Below are positions 17,831 to 31,146 of a DNA stretch of 64,000 nt, piece by piece. Position 1 is the stretch's first letter; each line of letters opens with the position of its first letter. The translations under genes were made by a program, and so were the position numbers. This DNA is from Sphingopyxis sp. (GTDB lineage Bacteria; Pseudomonadota; Alphaproteobacteria; Sphingomonadales; Sphingomonadaceae): contig JANRIY010000050.1 in the NCBI GenBank assembly GCA_033764495.1, positions 8,617 to 72,616 of the forward strand, written 5' to 3'. Under the pieces are notes generated by a model, which searched no databases, was not told where the DNA came from, and was given only the letters and a program-made list of their open reading frames with translations.

Positions 17831-19164
17831 TTCTGCCCACGCCGCTCACGATTCTGTTGCTGCTCACCGGCGCGCCGGTGGCGCTGGGGCTGGGCCTGAT
17901 CCGCCCCGACTTGTGGCTCTTGTCGCTGGTGTGGATTGGGGTCATCGCGGCGCTGATGCTGGTCGATGCGCTGGTCGCGGGCGATCTGCGCCGGATCGCG
18001 GTTGATCTGCGCGCGCCGCGCAGCGTGGGCATCGGCGACCCCTTCAACCTGCTGGTGCGCCTCGACGCGCCGGGCGCGCGCTGGAAACCGGCAAAGATTG
18101 ACATTGCCATGGCGGTCGATGCGCGGCTCGATGCCGGGGGACGGATTGCGGGCATCGGTTTCCCCGCCGATGCGCCCGGTGGGGCGGGGCTGACGCTGAT
18201 CAAGAATTTCACCCTCGCCGCTGCGCGGCGCGGCACCGCGCGCATCGACGGGCTGTGGCTGCGCTGGCGCGGACCCTTGGGCCTCGCCATCCTCCAGCGC
18301 CGCTATGCCGAGCACCGCGAGATCGCCGTTGTGCCCAGCTTGCGCAGCGTGCGCGAAGACGGCCTCAAGCTGTTTCGCCGCGATGCCCAATTCGGCCTGC
18401 GTCAACAAATGCTGGTGGGCGAAGGCAGCGAGTATGAAGCGCTGGGCGAATATCAGCCCGGCATGGACCGGCGCAGCATCGATTGGACCGCCTCGGCGCG
18501 CCATGTGAAACTTTTGGCGAAAGAATATCGCATCGAACGCGACAACCGGCTGGTGCTGGCCATCGACGCCGGCCGCACGATGAGCGAGCCGGTTGACGGC
18601 ATGCCGCGCGTCGACCGCGCCGTTTCGGCGGCGCTGCTGCTCGCCTTGGTTGCCTTGAAGATGGAGGACCGGGTCAGCCTGTTCCACTTCGCTGCCAAGC
18701 CTGGCGGATCGACGCCGGTGCTGGCGCACAGCAGCGATTTTCCGCTGCTCCAGGCGGCTGCCGCACGCATCGATTATGCGCATGAGGAAAGCAATTTCAC
18801 GCTGGCGCTGGCAACCCTTGGCGCGCAGCTCAACCGCCGTTCGCTGATTGTCCTCTTCACCGAATTCACCGATCCGACCAGCGCCGAGCTGATGATCCGC
18901 GCCGCCGGACGGCTGGTGAAGCAACACCGCCTGCTGTTCGTGGTGCTCAAGGACAGCGAGTTGGAAGCGGTTGAACGGATGGAGCCAACGGAGCCCGCCG
19001 ATCTGGTGCGCACCAATGTCGCTGCCGCGCTGCTGCGCGACCGCCGTATTGTCATCGCGCGGCTGCAACGCATGGGCGTCGATGTGGTCGAAGTGGCGCA
19101 CGACCGCGTGTCGAGCGGTGTGCTCGATGCCTGGATGGCGATCAAAAAAGCCGGGAGTCTCTGA
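17827..19164 (+). CDS. DUF58 (VWA-like) domain membrane protein, MoxR partner
   Basis: TTG at 17827 overlaps the MoxR TGA (TTGA). Two N-terminal TM segments. Contains the signature YQPGMDRRSIDWTASARHVKLLAKEYRIERDNRLVLAIDAGRTM. Confidence 0.75.
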   Translation: MILPTPLTILLLLTGAPVALGLGLIRPDLWLLSLVWIGVIAALMLVDALVAGDLRRIAVDLRAPRSVGIGDPFNLLVRLDAPGARWKPAKIDIAMAVDARLDAGGRIAGIGFPADAPGGAGLTLIKNFTLAAARRGTARIDGLWLRWRGPLGLAILQRRYAEHREIAVVPSLRSVREDGLKLFRRDAQFGLRQQMLVGEGSEYEALGEYQPGMDRRSIDWTASARHVKLLAKEYRIERDNRLVLAIDAGRTMSEPVDGMPRVDRAVSAALLLALVALKMEDRVSLFHFAAKPGGSTPVLAHSSDFPLLQAAAARIDYAHEESNFTLALATLGAQLNRRSLIVLFTEFTDPTSAELMIRAAGRLVKQHRLLFVVLKDSELEAVERMEPTEPADLVRTNVAAALLRDRRIVIARLQRMGVDVVEVAHDRVSSGVLDAWMAIKKAGSL

Positions 19165-20183
19165 TGCCTGCCGTGCAAGCCCCCGCCTTTTCCGCCAGCC
19201 GCTTCCGCGCCGAGCGCGAGGCCGACTGGATCATTTTCGACCAATTGCTCACCCGGCTGGAAAAAGGGTCGGCATCGTCCTTGTCCACCGACGAGCTGCT
19301 GCGCCTGCCCGTGTTATACCGCGCGACACTTTCGTCACTTTCCATCGCGCGCGCCACCAGCCTTGATCGCGCGCTCAATGACCATCTGGAATCGCTCGCG
19401 ATGCGTGGCTATTTCCTGCTCTACGGCGTGCGCGAAAAGCGCAGCGCGCGGCTCCTGCGATTCTTTGCCCACGACTGGCCCGCCGCCGTGCGCGCGGTTT
19501 GGAAGGAGACACTGGTGATCGCGCTGGTGCTCTTGCTTGGCATCGCGACCAGCTGGTCCTTGACCTCCAGCGACCCGCAATGGTTCTTCCAGTTCGTTCC
19601 CGAAAATCTGGCGGGCGGGCGCACGCCCGAAGCGAGCGCCGAATATCTGCGCTCGACCATCGGTCACGGCAAAGCGCTGGTCGAAGATGGCGAAAGCAGC
19701 GGCATGGCTGTCTTTGCCTCCTATCTGTTCCAGCACAACAGCCGCATCGGCATTATGTCTTTTGCGCTGGGATTTGCCTTTGGCGTGCCGACATTGCTGC
19801 TGATTTTTTACAATGGCCTGTCGTTGGGACCGATGCTGGCGGTGTTCGCCGACAAGGGGCTGGGGGTCGATTTTGGCGGCTGGCTGGCCATCCACGGCAC
19901 GACTGAATTGTTCGCCATCATCCTTGCGGGCGCGGCGGGGCTCAAGATCGGGACGACGATGGTCTTTCCCGGCGAGATGGACCGGCTGACCGCACTGTCG
20001 CGCGCCGGACGCACGGCAGGCAAAGTGATGGTCGGGGTCATCATCATGATGTTGTGTGCGGGTCTGCTCGAAGGCTTTGCGCGCCAGCTGATCACCGACA
20101 CGGTGCTGCGCTACAGCATCGGCGGCACGCTGCTACTCGGCTGGCTTGCCTTTTACTACACGCCGCGGCGGACAGCGGCATGA
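19164..20183 (+). CDS. SpoIIM-like (stage II sporulation protein M family) integral membrane protein
   Basis: ATG at 19164 shares one nt with the upstream TGA (TGATG). Cytoplasmic N-domain followed by about 5-6 TM segments. The motifs FQHNSRIG...FYNGLSLG...HGTTELFAIILAGAAG fit the family. Confidence 0.6.
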   Translation: MPAVQAPAFSASRFRAEREADWIIFDQLLTRLEKGSASSLSTDELLRLPVLYRATLSSLSIARATSLDRALNDHLESLAMRGYFLLYGVREKRSARLLRFFAHDWPAAVRAVWKETLVIALVLLLGIATSWSLTSSDPQWFFQFVPENLAGGRTPEASAEYLRSTIGHGKALVEDGESSGMAVFASYLFQHNSRIGIMSFALGFAFGVPTLLLIFYNGLSLGPMLAVFADKGLGVDFGGWLAIHGTTELFAIILAGAAGLKIGTTMVFPGEMDRLTALSRAGRTAGKVMVGVIIMMLCAGLLEGFARQLITDTVLRYSIGGTLLLGWLAFYYTPRRTAA

Positions 20184-21055
20184 CTCCCGAAGCCACTGCG
20201 CAGGCGGCCGCCATCCAGAACAAGCGCGACAAGCGCCGCCAGTTCGTCACCCCCGAAGGCGTCGATCTGGAACTGGCGATTGCCAGCTCGGGGCTGCGCT
20301 TTGCTGCGCTGGTAATCGACCTGACATTGCTGATTCTGATCCTCATCCTTTTCACCCTGCTCGCCATCTGGATTGGCTTTGGCGGCGGGGCGGACGCTGC
20401 GGCCACCATCTGGCTGCTAGGCTTTTTCCTGCTGCGCACCTTCTGGTTTATCGGCTTTGAACTCGGCAAACGCGCTGCAACGCCGGGCAAGCGTATTGCG
20501 GGCATCCGCGTCGTCGCGCGCGACGGTGGGCGCTTGACGGCGGACGCCGTGATCGCGCGCAACCTGATCCGCGAACTGGAAATCTTCCTGCCGTTCACTT
20601 TTCTCGGCGCTGGCGCGGCCGAGGATATGGTGGGCTGGGGCACCAGCTTGGCGGGCGCGGCGTGGACGCTGACCTTGGGCTTCTTCCTGCTGTTCAACCG
20701 CGACCGGATGCGCATGGGCGATCTGATCGCGGGCACCTGGGTGGTTCAGGCGGGGCGAGCGCGGCTGGCCCGCGATCTGGCCACGGCGAGCGCCGCTGAT
20801 GAAGCGCTGCGCTTCACCGACGCCGAACTTGCTGTTTATGGCGAATTTGAACTGCAGGAACTGGAACGCGTCCTGCGCACCAACGAATCGCGCGTGGTTG
20901 CACAGGTCGCCGACACCATTCGCGCCAAAATCGGGCGCATGCGCACCGAGGATGATGCCATTTTTCTCGAAGCCTATTACCGTCAATTGCGCACGCGGCT
21001 GGAACGGGGAATGCTTTTCGGCAAACGCCGCGCCAACAAATTCGCCAAGGAATGA
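20180..21055 (+). CDS. RDD family membrane protein with a C-terminal soluble domain
   Basis: ATG at 20180 overlaps the upstream TGA (ATGA). GLRFAALVIDLTLLILI... and PGKRIAGIRVVARDGGRLT fit the RDD pattern. About 110 aa of helical tail. Confidence 0.65.
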   Translation: MTPEATAQAAAIQNKRDKRRQFVTPEGVDLELAIASSGLRFAALVIDLTLLILILILFTLLAIWIGFGGGADAAATIWLLGFFLLRTFWFIGFELGKRAATPGKRIAGIRVVARDGGRLTADAVIARNLIRELEIFLPFTFLGAGAAEDMVGWGTSLAGAAWTLTLGFFLLFNRDRMRMGDLIAGTWVVQAGRARLARDLATASAADEALRFTDAELAVYGEFELQELERVLRTNESRVVAQVADTIRAKIGRMRTEDDAIFLEAYYRQLRTRLERGMLFGKRRANKFAKE

Positions 21056-21059
21056 GCTT

Positions 21060-21737
21060 ATGTCTGTAGCCGATGCCCTACACTCCCGCCGTTCGGTGCG
21101 CGCATTCCGCCCCGATCCCGTTGATCCAGCAATTCTTCGCGATGCCTTGGCGGCGGCGCAGCGCGCACCGTCGGGCGGCAACCTTCAACCCTGGCGCGCC
21201 ATCGTGCTTACCGGCCAGCCGTGGGAGCGGCTCAAGGAAGCGGTCGCCGCGCGCGTCGCGATGGGGGCCGAGGGGCAGCAGATGGAATATTCCATCTACC
21301 CCGAAATCCTGCCCGATCCCTGGAAGGCGCGCCGCTATGGTGTGGGCGAGGCGCTCTATGGCGCGCTTGGGATTCCACGCGAAAACAAGATGGGCCGGAT
21401 GCTGCAATTTGCAGAAAATTTCCGCGGCTTCGGCGCGCCGGTGATGGTGTTTCTCTATACCCCGCGCACTATGGGGCCGCCGCAATGGTCCGACATGGGG
21501 ATGTGGCTGCAATCGCTGATGCTGCTGCTGACCGAAGCGGGCCTCGGCACCTGCGCGCAGGAATGCTGGGCGGTTTATGGCGAAACCATCCGGAACGAAC
21601 TCGGGATCGCCGACGACCAGATCCTTTTCTGCGGCCTCGCCATCGGCCACACCGATATCGACAATCCGGTCAATAATTGGTCCGTGCCGCGCGCGCCGCT
21701 CGATGAGGTGATAGAATGGCGCGGGTTCGAAGGATGA
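21060..21737 (+). CDS. nitroreductase family protein
   Basis: ATG at 21060, 4 nt after the RDD stop. HSRRSVRAF...AAQRAPSGGNLQPW is a classic nitroreductase N-terminus. Confidence 0.8.
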   Translation: MSVADALHSRRSVRAFRPDPVDPAILRDALAAAQRAPSGGNLQPWRAIVLTGQPWERLKEAVAARVAMGAEGQQMEYSIYPEILPDPWKARRYGVGEALYGALGIPRENKMGRMLQFAENFRGFGAPVMVFLYTPRTMGPPQWSDMGMWLQSLMLLLTEAGLGTCAQECWAVYGETIRNELGIADDQILFCGLAIGHTDIDNPVNNWSVPRAPLDEVIEWRGFEG

Positions 21738-22231
21738 AACGGCGGATCGCGGCCGGGCTGCTTGTCGCCATGCTGGCCGGTTGCGTTGCAGCGCCCAAGC
21801 CGGCTGCCCCGCCGCCCCGGCCGCCAGTGGTTGTCGCGCCGCCGCCTGCGCCCGTGCTGCCCCCGCCGCCAGTGCAGCCGTGGGACGAACTGCCGGTCAC
21901 CGAAGGCGGCTGGCAACTGGCTGCAGACGGCCGCGCTGCTCGCTTCGTGGATGACGGCGGCGTTGAACGCGCGGCGATCGTCTGCGCGGCTCCGGGGCGC
22001 ATCATCCGGATCGGTCTGAACGGAGAGCGGGCCATGCGGCTGGGCATTTCAACGAGCAGCGAGCTGCGCGAACTCATGCTCGCTGATGGCTCCGCCGACT
22101 TGCCTGTGGGCGATCCGATCCTCGACGCCATCGCCTTTAGTCGTGGCCGTTTTGCGCTCCGCGCCTCGCAATTGCTTGTGCTGCCGGTGCAGGCCGAAAT
22201 CGGCCGCGTGATAGAGGATTGCCGCGGTTAG
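21734..22231 (+). CDS. hypothetical lipoprotein
   Basis: ATG at 21734 overlaps the nitroreductase TGA (ATGA). Lipobox LAGC. Pro-rich linker. No family recognised. Confidence 0.5.
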   Translation: MKRRIAAGLLVAMLAGCVAAPKPAAPPPRPPVVVAPPPAPVLPPPPVQPWDELPVTEGGWQLAADGRAARFVDDGGVERAAIVCAAPGRIIRIGLNGERAMRLGISTSSELRELMLADGSADLPVGDPILDAIAFSRGRFALRASQLLVLPVQAEIGRVIEDCRG

Positions 22232-22241
22232 GGTCCTGACC

Positions 22242-22244
<3 letters not shown>
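22229..22244. other. 16-bp palindrome containing both convergent stop codons
   Basis: TAGGGTC-CT-GACCCTA. TAG at 22229-22231 ends the plus-strand gene, and the complement of 22242-22244 is the TAG of the minus-strand gene. Confidence 0.9.
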
Positions 22245-26811
<4,567 letters not shown>

Positions 26812-26815
<4 letters not shown>

Positions 26816-27753
26816 CCAAAAACCGACCAGCCGGTCGCCCAAGCGAAATGTTCCAGGGCCTCTGCCCCGGCCAGCGAGGTCCCGGCGGCATTCAGTCCTG
26901 GCGACCACACCGCGATCGACCCGCGCCCAGGTGCGATGCACAAAATGCCGCCGCCTACGCCCGACTTGCCGGGCAGTCCGACCTTGAACGCGAATTCGCC
27001 TGAATTGTCATAATGGCCGCACCCCAGCATGATGGCGTTGATGCGCCTCGCGCGGTGCGGTTCAACCAACTGCTCGCCGGTGCGGGGGTCGCGGCCATTG
27101 CACGCTAGGAACAGCCCCGCTTGGGCGAGCTGGCGACAGCTCATCGCCAGCGCGCATTGGCGAAAATAAACCTCCAGAACGGTTTCCACGGGATGCCGCA
27201 GATTGCGGAACGCCGCCATGAAATGCGCGAGGCTGCGGTTGCGCGCGCCAGTCTGCGATTCGGAACTCGCAACCTCGGCATCAATGGTCACGCCATCATC
27301 GTGGGCGCGCGCGCGCATATATTTCAGGATCTCGGAAACCACGACATCGCTGGCGCGCCCGTCAATCAGCCGGTCGGTCGTGGCAATCGCCCCGGCATTG
27401 ATGAAAGGGTTGCGCGGGATCCCTTGCTCGTTTTCCAGTTGGACAATCGAATTGAACGCGCTGCCCGACGGCTCGCGCCCGACGCTGGACCATAAATCGC
27501 TGCCCAGCCGCCGCAGCGCCATCGCCAGGGTGAACACTTTCGACACCGACTGGATTGAAAACGGCACATCGGCGTCGCCCGCGACATGCACTGTCCCGTC
27601 GGGCAGCGCGAGGGCAATGCCCAATGCGCGTGGTTCGACGTTCGCCAGCGCGGGAATATAGTCAGCAACCTTGCCCTTGCCGACGTGTGGCAAAGCGACC
27701 TCATAGGCTTGGGTGACACAGCGTTCGAGATCGATAAAGGGGGCGTCGGTCAT
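26812..27753 (-). CDS. glsA: glutaminase A
   Basis: [11 protein letters not shown]...[10 protein letters not shown]...EPSG..FNS...NPFINAGAI are canonical glutaminase motifs. Confidence 0.9.
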
Positions 27754-27775
27754 GCTAGCTGGCTAGCACAGTTCA

Positions 27776-28513
27776 TTAAGGCACCACCAGTTCGCCGTTC
27801 CAGTCGCGCTGCTGCCCCGATTGTTCCGGCGTTGCCGCATCGAGCACCGCCAGCATCGCGCCTGCACTCGCCTCGGGCGTCAGCAGATTGGCGACGCCAC
27901 GCTGGAATGGCTGCGACAGAGCCGTGTCGACCGTACCCGGATGCAACATCAGCACGGCGAGCTGCGGATGCGTGCGCGCCAATTCGATGCTCAACGTGCG
28001 CAGCAGCATCGCCAGCGCCGCCTTGCTGGCGCGATAGCCATACCAGCCGCCCAGCCGGTTATCGCCGATGCTGCCCACGCGCGCGCCGATGACCCCGATC
28101 AGCGCGCGCCGGTCGCGCGGCACATGTGGTAACAGCGCTTTGAGCGCCAGCAGCGGCCCGGTGGCGTTGACCGCGAAGAGGGTGGCAAAGGCGTCGGCCT
28201 CTATGGCTTTCCAGCTCTTCTCGGGCTGCACCCTATCGCCGCGATGGAGCAGCCCGCTGGCGATGAAAATCAGGTCGATGGGGCCGTCCGCGCCGATGGC
28301 GGCGGCCGCACCGGCCATGCTGGCGGCGTCAGTCAAATCGGCGGCATGCCGGATGGCGCTCGTCGGCCCGGCGTCGCCGCTGCGGCTGACACAGTGCAGT
28401 GCCACGCACCGCGGATCGCTCGCCAGCCGCGCCGCCACCGCCGCGCCAATGCCGCCTCCTGCGCCGATGACGACGCCGCGGTAGTTCGACTGCAATGATT
28501 TCATGTCCGCCAT
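27776..28513 (-). CDS. SDR family oxidoreductase
   Basis: Rossmann motif VVIGAGGGIG. Start at ATG 28513 or 28504. The ORF-track start at 28546 falls inside a REP element. Confidence 0.8.
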   Translation of the reverse strand: MADMKSLQSNYRGVVIGAGGGIGAAVAARLASDPRCVALHCVSRSGDAGPTSAIRHAADLTDAASMAGAAAAIGADGPIDLIFIASGLLHRGDRVQPEKSWKAIEADAFATLFAVNATGPLLALKALLPHVPRDRRALIGVIGARVGSIGDNRLGGWYGYRASKAALAMLLRTLSIELARTHPQLAVLMLHPGTVDTALSQPFQRGVANLLTPEASAGAMLAVLDAATPEQSGQQRDWNGELVVP

Positions 28514-28540
28514 ATTCTGCTGCCGCCCGTCCCAAAGCCT

Positions 28541-28612
28541 CGTCATGCTGAACTTGTTTCAGCATAACGCGCCACTGACGGTTTGTTATCCCGAAACAAG
28601 TTCGGGATGACG
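28541..28612. repeat. REP doublet (REPIN-like), same family as 931-1002
   Basis: 28541-28568 and the reverse complement of 28585-28612 agree at 24/28. All four differences fall on two base pairs of the arm hairpin, so they are compensatory. Confidence 0.85.
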
Positions 28613-28667
28613 AGACACGGGTGCAATGTGCATAACTCACCCGCCAAAAGCGAGATTGCGCAACTTG

Positions 28668-31088
28668 ATGCCCCTCCCCGCCCCCTTCACCAACTGGTTT
28701 GCCCAGCGCGGCTGGACCTTGCGCCAGCATCAAGCGGCCATGATCGATGCTGCGGCAGCCGGCGACCATGCGCTGCTCGTCGCCGCCACTGGCGCGGGGA
28801 AGACGCTCGCGGGATTCCTCCCCAGCCTCATTGATCTGGCTGATGGCGCGCACGACGGCCTCCACACGCTCTACGTCTCGCCGCTCAAGGCGCTCGCTGC
28901 CGATATCGAGCGCAATCTCGCTGCCCCCATCGCCGATATGGGTCTGCCGATCCGCGTCGAAACCCGCAGCGGCGATACATCGAGTGACGCCAAAGCGCGC
29001 CAGCGCAGCCGCCCGCCGCATATCTTACTGACCACGCCCGAATCGCTGTCGCTGCTGCTCTCCTATCCCGACAGCTTCACCCTGTTCGCGAACCTCAAAA
29101 CCGTGGTGATCGACGAGGTTCACGCCTTCGCTACCGGCAAGCGCGGTGACCTGCTCGCCCTTGCCCTTGCGCGGCTGCACAGCATCAACCCCGCGCTGCG
29201 CCGCGCAGCGCTGTCGGCGACCATTGCCGACGTGGATGCCTATCGCCGCTGGCTCGCCCCCGGCGGCGATGTTGCGCGCGTGCGGCTGGTGGAAGGCGAG
29301 GCCGGGGCCGACCCCGATGTGCGCATTTTATTGCCCGAAGGCGCAGTGCCCTGGGCGGGCCATTCGGGCCGATATGCCATCCACCAGGTGATGGCCGAGG
29401 TGGCGCGGCACCGCACCACCATCATTTTCTGCAATACGCGCGGCCTGGCCGAGCTATTGTTTCAGGAATTGTGGAAGGCCAATGACGCGGGCCTGCCCAT
29501 CGCCATCCACCACGGCAGCCTTGATCGAGAGGCCCGTCTGCGCGCTGAGGCAGCGATGGCCGCAGGGCGGCTGCGCGCGCTCGTCGCCACCTCTAGCCTC
29601 GACATGGGGCTCGACTGGGGCGACGTCGATTGCGTCATCCAGATGGGCGCACCCAAAGGCTCCTCGCGGCTGCTCCAGCGCATCGGCCGCGCCAACCACC
29701 GGCTCGACGAACCCAGCCGGGCGCTGCTAGTGCCGGGCAACAGGTTCGAGTTTCTGGAAGCACAGGCTGCACTCGACGCGGTCGCCGCGGGGGAGCGCGA
29801 CGCCGATGCTTTCCGCCCCGGCGCACGCGACGTGCTGGCACAGCACGTCATGGGCATGGCCTGTGCCGCGCCCTTTGCCGAAGTTGAATTGCTCGCCGAA
29901 GTGCAAAGTGCCGCCCCCTATGCCGATATGTCGGCCGAAGAATTCGCGCGCATCATCGGCTTCGTCCGCGACGGCGGCTATGCGCTCAAGGCCTATGACC
30001 GCTTCCGCCGCCTCGCGCCCGATGGACCCGCCAAAGATGGCAAGATACGCTGGCGCATCGCACACCCGCGCCTTGTCACCCAGCACCGCATGAATGCTGG
30101 CATCATCGTCGATGCCCCCACGCTCGATGTGCGCTTCAAGAATGGGCGGCGACTGGGCCAAGTCGAGGAATATTTTGCGAGTACATTGACCGTGGGTGAC
30201 ACCTTCGCTTTCGCTGGATTGTCACTGGAGGTAGAGGCGATGCGCGACCTTGACCTCATCGTCCGCGCAACCAGCAAACCGGCGCGCATTCCCAGCTATG
30301 TCGGCGCGCGAATCGCACTGTCGACGCGCCTCGCTGACCGGGTGCGCGACTTTCTCGCCCATCCCGCCAGCTGGGACCGCTTCCCGCCTGATGTGCAGGG
30401 ATGGCTGCGCCTGCAGGCCGCTAAATCGGTGCTGCCGCGGGCCGGCGAATTGCTCGCCGAAACCTTCCCGCACGAGGGCCGCCACTATCTGGCACTCTAT
30501 CCGTTCGAAGGCTGGAACGCACACCAGTCGCTCGGTATGCTCTTAACCAAGCGGATGGAACGCGCGGGCCTCCAACCCCTGGGTTTTGTCGCCTCGGACT
30601 ATGCGCTCGCCATCTGGTCGGTGCGCCCAGTAGCCGACCCTGCTGCTCTCCTGTCGCCCGACATTTTGACCGACGAATTCATCGAATGGGTCGAAGGTTC
30701 GAACCTGCTCAAACGCGCTTTTCGGGAGGTGGCGGTGATCGGCGGCCTCATCGAACGCCAGCATCCGGGCAAGCGCAAGACCGGTAAACAGGTCACTTTT
30801 TCCACTGACCTAATTTACGACGTCTTGCGCAAATTCGAACCCGACCACTTGCTCATTCAGGCGGCCTGGGCCGATACGCGCGCGCGCCTCACCGACGTCG
30901 CCCGGCTCGGCGACCTGCTCGACCGGGCGGCGGGAACCTTGCTTCACCAGCGATTGCCGCGCATCAGCCCGCTCGCGGTGCCGCTGCTCGTGTTGATTGG
31001 GCGCGAAAGCGTCGGCACCGACGCCACTGACGATGCGTTGCTGATGGAAGCGGCAGCGCAGCAATTGGCGGCAGTGGCGGCGGGTTGA
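28668..31088 (+). CDS. Lhr-like DEXH-box helicase (ligase-associated DNA damage response type)
   Basis: ATG at 28668. Walker A ATGAGKT and DEVH box (VIDEVHAF). About 806 aa, with a C-terminal DEAD-associated region. Confidence 0.85.
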   Translation: MPLPAPFTNWFAQRGWTLRQHQAAMIDAAAAGDHALLVAATGAGKTLAGFLPSLIDLADGAHDGLHTLYVSPLKALAADIERNLAAPIADMGLPIRVETRSGDTSSDAKARQRSRPPHILLTTPESLSLLLSYPDSFTLFANLKTVVIDEVHAFATGKRGDLLALALARLHSINPALRRAALSATIADVDAYRRWLAPGGDVARVRLVEGEAGADPDVRILLPEGAVPWAGHSGRYAIHQVMAEVARHRTTIIFCNTRGLAELLFQELWKANDAGLPIAIHHGSLDREARLRAEAAMAAGRLRALVATSSLDMGLDWGDVDCVIQMGAPKGSSRLLQRIGRANHRLDEPSRALLVPGNRFEFLEAQAALDAVAAGERDADAFRPGARDVLAQHVMGMACAAPFAEVELLAEVQSAAPYADMSAEEFARIIGFVRDGGYALKAYDRFRRLAPDGPAKDGKIRWRIAHPRLVTQHRMNAGIIVDAPTLDVRFKNGRRLGQVEEYFASTLTVGDTFAFAGLSLEVEAMRDLDLIVRATSKPARIPSYVGARIALSTRLADRVRDFLAHPASWDRFPPDVQGWLRLQAAKSVLPRAGELLAETFPHEGRHYLALYPFEGWNAHQSLGMLLTKRMERAGLQPLGFVASDYALAIWSVRPVADPAALLSPDILTDEFIEWVEGSNLLKRAFREVAVIGGLIERQHPGKRKTGKQVTFSTDLIYDVLRKFEPDHLLIQAAWADTRARLTDVARLGDLLDRAAGTLLHQRLPRISPLAVPLLVLIGRESVGTDATDDALLMEAAAQQLAAVAAG

Positions 31089-31146
31089 GCATGCTTGCGG
31101 ACCCGGCACGATAGGCATATCATCAGGTCTGGAGAGGAGCGGCAGC

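Noticed and set aside
27754-27767. GCTAGC-TG-GCTAGC, a direct repeat of a palindromic hexamer abutting the glsA start codon.
   Set aside because: It is very short (a 6-bp stem with a 2-nt loop), I found no supporting second copy or known motif, and it is plausibly chance. It is only worth checking if glsA translation control is being studied.
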